This document shows positions 14,079 to 16,853 of a stretch of DNA of 16,853 nucleotides, piece after piece (position 1 is the stretch's first letter; every line of letters starts with the position of its first letter). The notes below the pieces were generated by a model that was not told the origin of the DNA, did no database searches, and saw nothing but the letters and a program-made list of their open reading frames with translations. The stretch is from a virus (Duplodnaviria > Heunggongvirae > Uroviricota > Caudoviricetes), in the IMG/VR virus record IMGVR_UViG_3300027659_000024; one strand, 5' to 3'. The position numbers and the translations under genes are program-made.

Positions 14079-14786
14079 ATGCAAGAAATTTGGAAAGATA
14101 TTACTGAATACGAAGGTTCTTATCAAGTAAGTAATTTTGGTAACGTCAGGAGCTTAGATAGACAGGTTGGTTCCGAGCCTCGTGTTAGGGTAATAAAAGG
14201 TAAAATTTTAAAAAAGAAAATCAACAAAGGCGGCTATCATTGTGTTCACTTAAGAGATGGTAAAATTGAGTCACATCCTTCAGTGCATAGACTTGTTGCT
14301 GAACACTTTATTGAAAACAAAGACAGTAAACCTACCGTCAATCATATCGATGGAAATAAGCTAAATAACCATTTCAACAATTTAGAATGGGCGACACATG
14401 AAGAACAGAGTTCTCATGCTATTTCCAGCGGATTAAGAATTATAAGAGGGAAACCAAAATTCTCTAAGTCTTTTAAAAAAGAAATTTTAGATTATTATTT
14501 AATTAATGGTTGTTCTATTGTTCAACTTGCTAAACACTTTGAAGTGAGTGAAAGAACCGCAGGTAGGATAGTCAACAATGGGGTTCATGCGAGAACTACA
14601 ACAAAAGTAAAAGAAGATGGAAGCTTAGAGGTCAGAGAAATCCTTACCAAAGGCGAAGTTTCTGAAATAAAAAAATTAAGAAGTGAAGGTTTGACTCTGT
14701 TAGAAATTTCTAAGATGTTTAACAGAGGCACTTCTCAAATCTGGAGAGTTTGTAAAGATCTTTCTAGAACAACAAATATTGAATGA
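14079..14786 (+). CDS. free-standing NUMOD4-HNH homing endonuclease with C-terminal HTH repeats
   Basis: EIWKDI..YEG.YQVSN.G.VRS (NUMOD4); VHRLVA..FI...VNHIDGNKLNN...NLEW (HNH); ATG 14079 has AGGAG RBS. Confidence 0.92.
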   Translation: MQEIWKDITEYEGSYQVSNFGNVRSLDRQVGSEPRVRVIKGKILKKKINKGGYHCVHLRDGKIESHPSVHRLVAEHFIENKDSKPTVNHIDGNKLNNHFNNLEWATHEEQSSHAISSGLRIIRGKPKFSKSFKKEILDYYLINGCSIVQLAKHFEVSERTAGRIVNNGVHARTTTKVKEDGSLEVREILTKGEVSEIKKLRSEGLTLLEISKMFNRGTSQIWRVCKDLSRTTNIE

Positions 14787-14793
14787 GGTGTAA

Positions 14794-14890
14794 ATGAGTG
14801 AACAAGTGATCCTAGCCCCTGCCAGTCAAAGACAGGCAGACATTTTAAATTCTGACGCTACAATCACTTTAGCAGGTGGTGCAGCGGGGT
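14794..14890 (+). CDS. terL: terminase large subunit, exon 1 (32 codons + 1 nt)
   Basis: GAGGTG RBS; MSEQVILAPASQRQ...LAGGAAG, first half of Walker A. Confidence 0.9.
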
Positions 14891-15131
14891 TAAGTCTGGC
14901 CCCCTGAGATGGGAACATTTCAGTGATAATCTCTCTAATTCGGTGAAACTCTCTTTTGAGACAATACCGAGCGAAGCCCTGTGAAGGGAACGTGTAACGA
15001 CTAGCGAAAGCGTAGGGTCAAGTGACTCGAAACGGGAGAAGCGGAGAAACCGCTAAGATATAGTCTAATCTCAGTGGTGACACTGAGCAGCGAAAGCGGA
15101 TTTAGTCTAACGAACTAAATTGAATATTAAG
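14891..15131 (+). mobile_element. ORF-less group I intron (IA2-like), 241 nt
   Basis: P1 GGGGU/GCCCC with U:G; P AATTCGGTGAAAC; Q AATACCGAGC; P7 GACTA/TAGTC; S AAGATATAGTC; P7.1/P7.2, P8, P9-9.2; terminal G; splicing restores T|CA Ser in GAAGSGKT. Confidence 0.93.
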
Positions 15132-16468
15132 CAGGTAAGACTTATGTTCTTTTACTTACCGCATTGCGATTCATGCAACATCCCCGTGCTACTGGTGTGA
15201 TATTTCGTAAGAACTCTACAATGCTTACTGCTCCGGGATCGATTTGGCATGAAGCAGTCAGCATGTATCAGAGCGTATATCCAAAAGGATTAAAGGTTCG
15301 ACACAGAGCTTTGGAGATTATATTTCCAAATGGTGCAATGTTGAAGTTCTCTCATATGCAGCACGATAGTGATATGTTTTCACATAAAGGGGCACAGTAT
15401 TCGTTCTGTGCCTTTGATGAAGTCACAGACTTTTCTCAAGACGCTGTGATGTATTTGTTATCTCGTATGCGTAATGCTCATGTTGACTACACTCCGCAGA
15501 TGTTTTTGACCACTAACCCTGATTATGAACACTGGACTCGTGTGTTTATCCAAGATTACTACCTTGATCCTTTGACAGGTATTCCTTTGCCTGAAAAAGC
15601 AGGTCACAAAAGATACTTCTTTAGACAGGGTAATACAATTCTTTGGTACAACTCTAAAGAAGCTGCTGAAGCTGTACATGGTAAAGGAGATGAAAACGGT
15701 GTAAACACTTTTACTTTCTGGCCTGCAACATGTAGAGATAATCCTCCATTACTTAAAGCACAGCCTGATTATATTTCTCGCTTAATGGGCCTACCTCGCG
15801 TTGAAATGGAGAGGTTGTTACTTGGATCTTGGTTTGCTCGTCCAGAGGCAGCATCGATGTTTAAACGTTCTTGGTGTGAGCTTGTAGAGCATCCAAATGG
15901 TAGAGCAATCAAGCGGGTAAGAGCTTACGATTTAGCTATGACTTTACCTTCAGAACAAAACCCTAATCCAGACTGGACAAGAGGTGTTTTGATCTCTAAA
16001 GATAGGACAGGGCTTTATACTGTAGAAGATTTGGTTAGTATAAGAGACAGGGCACATCATGTTGAAAAACTAATATTTGAGACAGCATTAAAAGATGGCC
16101 CAAATACAATAATCTGCATCCCTCAAGATCCTAATGCTGCTGCTGCTGCATATGCTCGTGACCTACAGAGAAAACTAGGTGAAATGGGATTTACTTGTAG
16201 ATTACTTAGACCTGTTAAATCTAAAATTATTAGATTTTCACCGTTCAGTAGTGTAGCTCAAGCTGGTTTTGTTCACATTGTAGAAGGGGACTGGAATAAA
16301 GAGTTTTTTGATGAACTTGAATCATTTGATGGGGGTCGTGCAAAAAAAGACGACATCGTAGATGCGACTTCTGACTCTTTTTATGCACTAAACAGAGGTG
16401 TAGCTTTGCCTGATTTTAGTCTACCAGAGTTAGGTTCTTCATTAAAGTTTGATTTTTCTTACAATTAA
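15132..16468 (+). CDS. terL: terminase large subunit, exon 2 (spliced protein 477 aa)
   Basis: GKT, Walker B CAFDE, nuclease motifs RAYDLA and KKDD.VDA.SD. Confidence 0.93.
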
Positions 16469-16504
16469 AAAATATGAAAATTAAAAAGATATCAAGGAGA
16501 TATT

Positions 16505-16853
16505 ATGGCTCGTAAAGCCCAACAAGTTGAAGTTAGTAAAGCTATATCAGAGGATTTACCGCGCTTCAAATTGAGTGAAATCGGATACGTTGGTCTTAAT
16601 GTATCTTCTGGTATTGCTCAAGAAGAATTAAAAAGGGAGTTGAATTTCCCAAACAGTATGACGACTTATAAGCAGATGTCTTATCACTCAGTCATTGCTG
16701 CTGCTCTTGCTTTGTATGAAGTAATGGTAACTAAAGTTGAATGGAAAGTTCAACCCCCAGAAAATGCAACAGAAGAAGAGATTAAAAGGGCTAATTTTAT
16801 TCAAGAGTGTATGCATGATATGGATCATTCTTGGTTAGAGTTTATGCAAGAAG
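16505..16853 (+). CDS. portal protein, N-terminal part (runs off window)
   Basis: AAGGAG RBS; directly after terL; EELKRELNFP.S..TYKQM resembles Felix O1/rV5-type portals. Confidence 0.75.
   Translation, partial: MARKAQQVEVSKAISEDLPRFKLSEIGYVGLNVSSGIAQEELKRELNFPNSMTTYKQMSYHSVIAAALALYEVMVTKVEWKVQPPENATEEEIKRANFIQECMHDMDHSWLEFMQE

Noticed and set aside
45-15679. Antisense ORFs 45..308, 2652..2870, 3976..4191, 4547..4750, 9520..9702, 10782..10994, 11363..11590, 12691..12873, 13518..13799, 15458..15679
   Set aside because: Shadows of better-supported genes on the opposite strand
15164-16468. ORF-track TTG start for a 434-aa terminase
   Set aside because: Lacks Walker A; the true start is ATG 14794 with intron removal

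Overview
AT-rich lytic tailed-phage DNA. Gene content and order resemble Felix O1/rV5/PAK_P1-type myoviruses (inference from gene set, no database search). Left to right: the end of a rightward block; a ~1 kb non-coding region with an 11-bp-phased TATAA array and palindromes next to a winged-HTH gene; a long leftward block of small hypothetical genes with an adenine methyltransferase and a diiron 'metal-dependent hydrolase'; a leftward tRNA/ncRNA region (Arg, Trp, Glu, Met, Asn, a tRNA-like RNA, and a tRNA-Pro split in two by an HNH gene) with a LAGLIDADG gene; dCMP deaminase, ClpP-like protease and PhoH; back-to-back sigma70 promoters; then rightward HNH, putative terS, NUMOD4-HNH, terL interrupted by an ORF-less group I intron in its Walker A motif, and the start of the portal gene. 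Most notable: the HNH-split tRNA-Pro, three covarying copies of an unrecognised structured RNA upstream of tRNAs, and the intron plus adjacent free-standing endonuclease. All RNA folds and coordinates were derived by eye.
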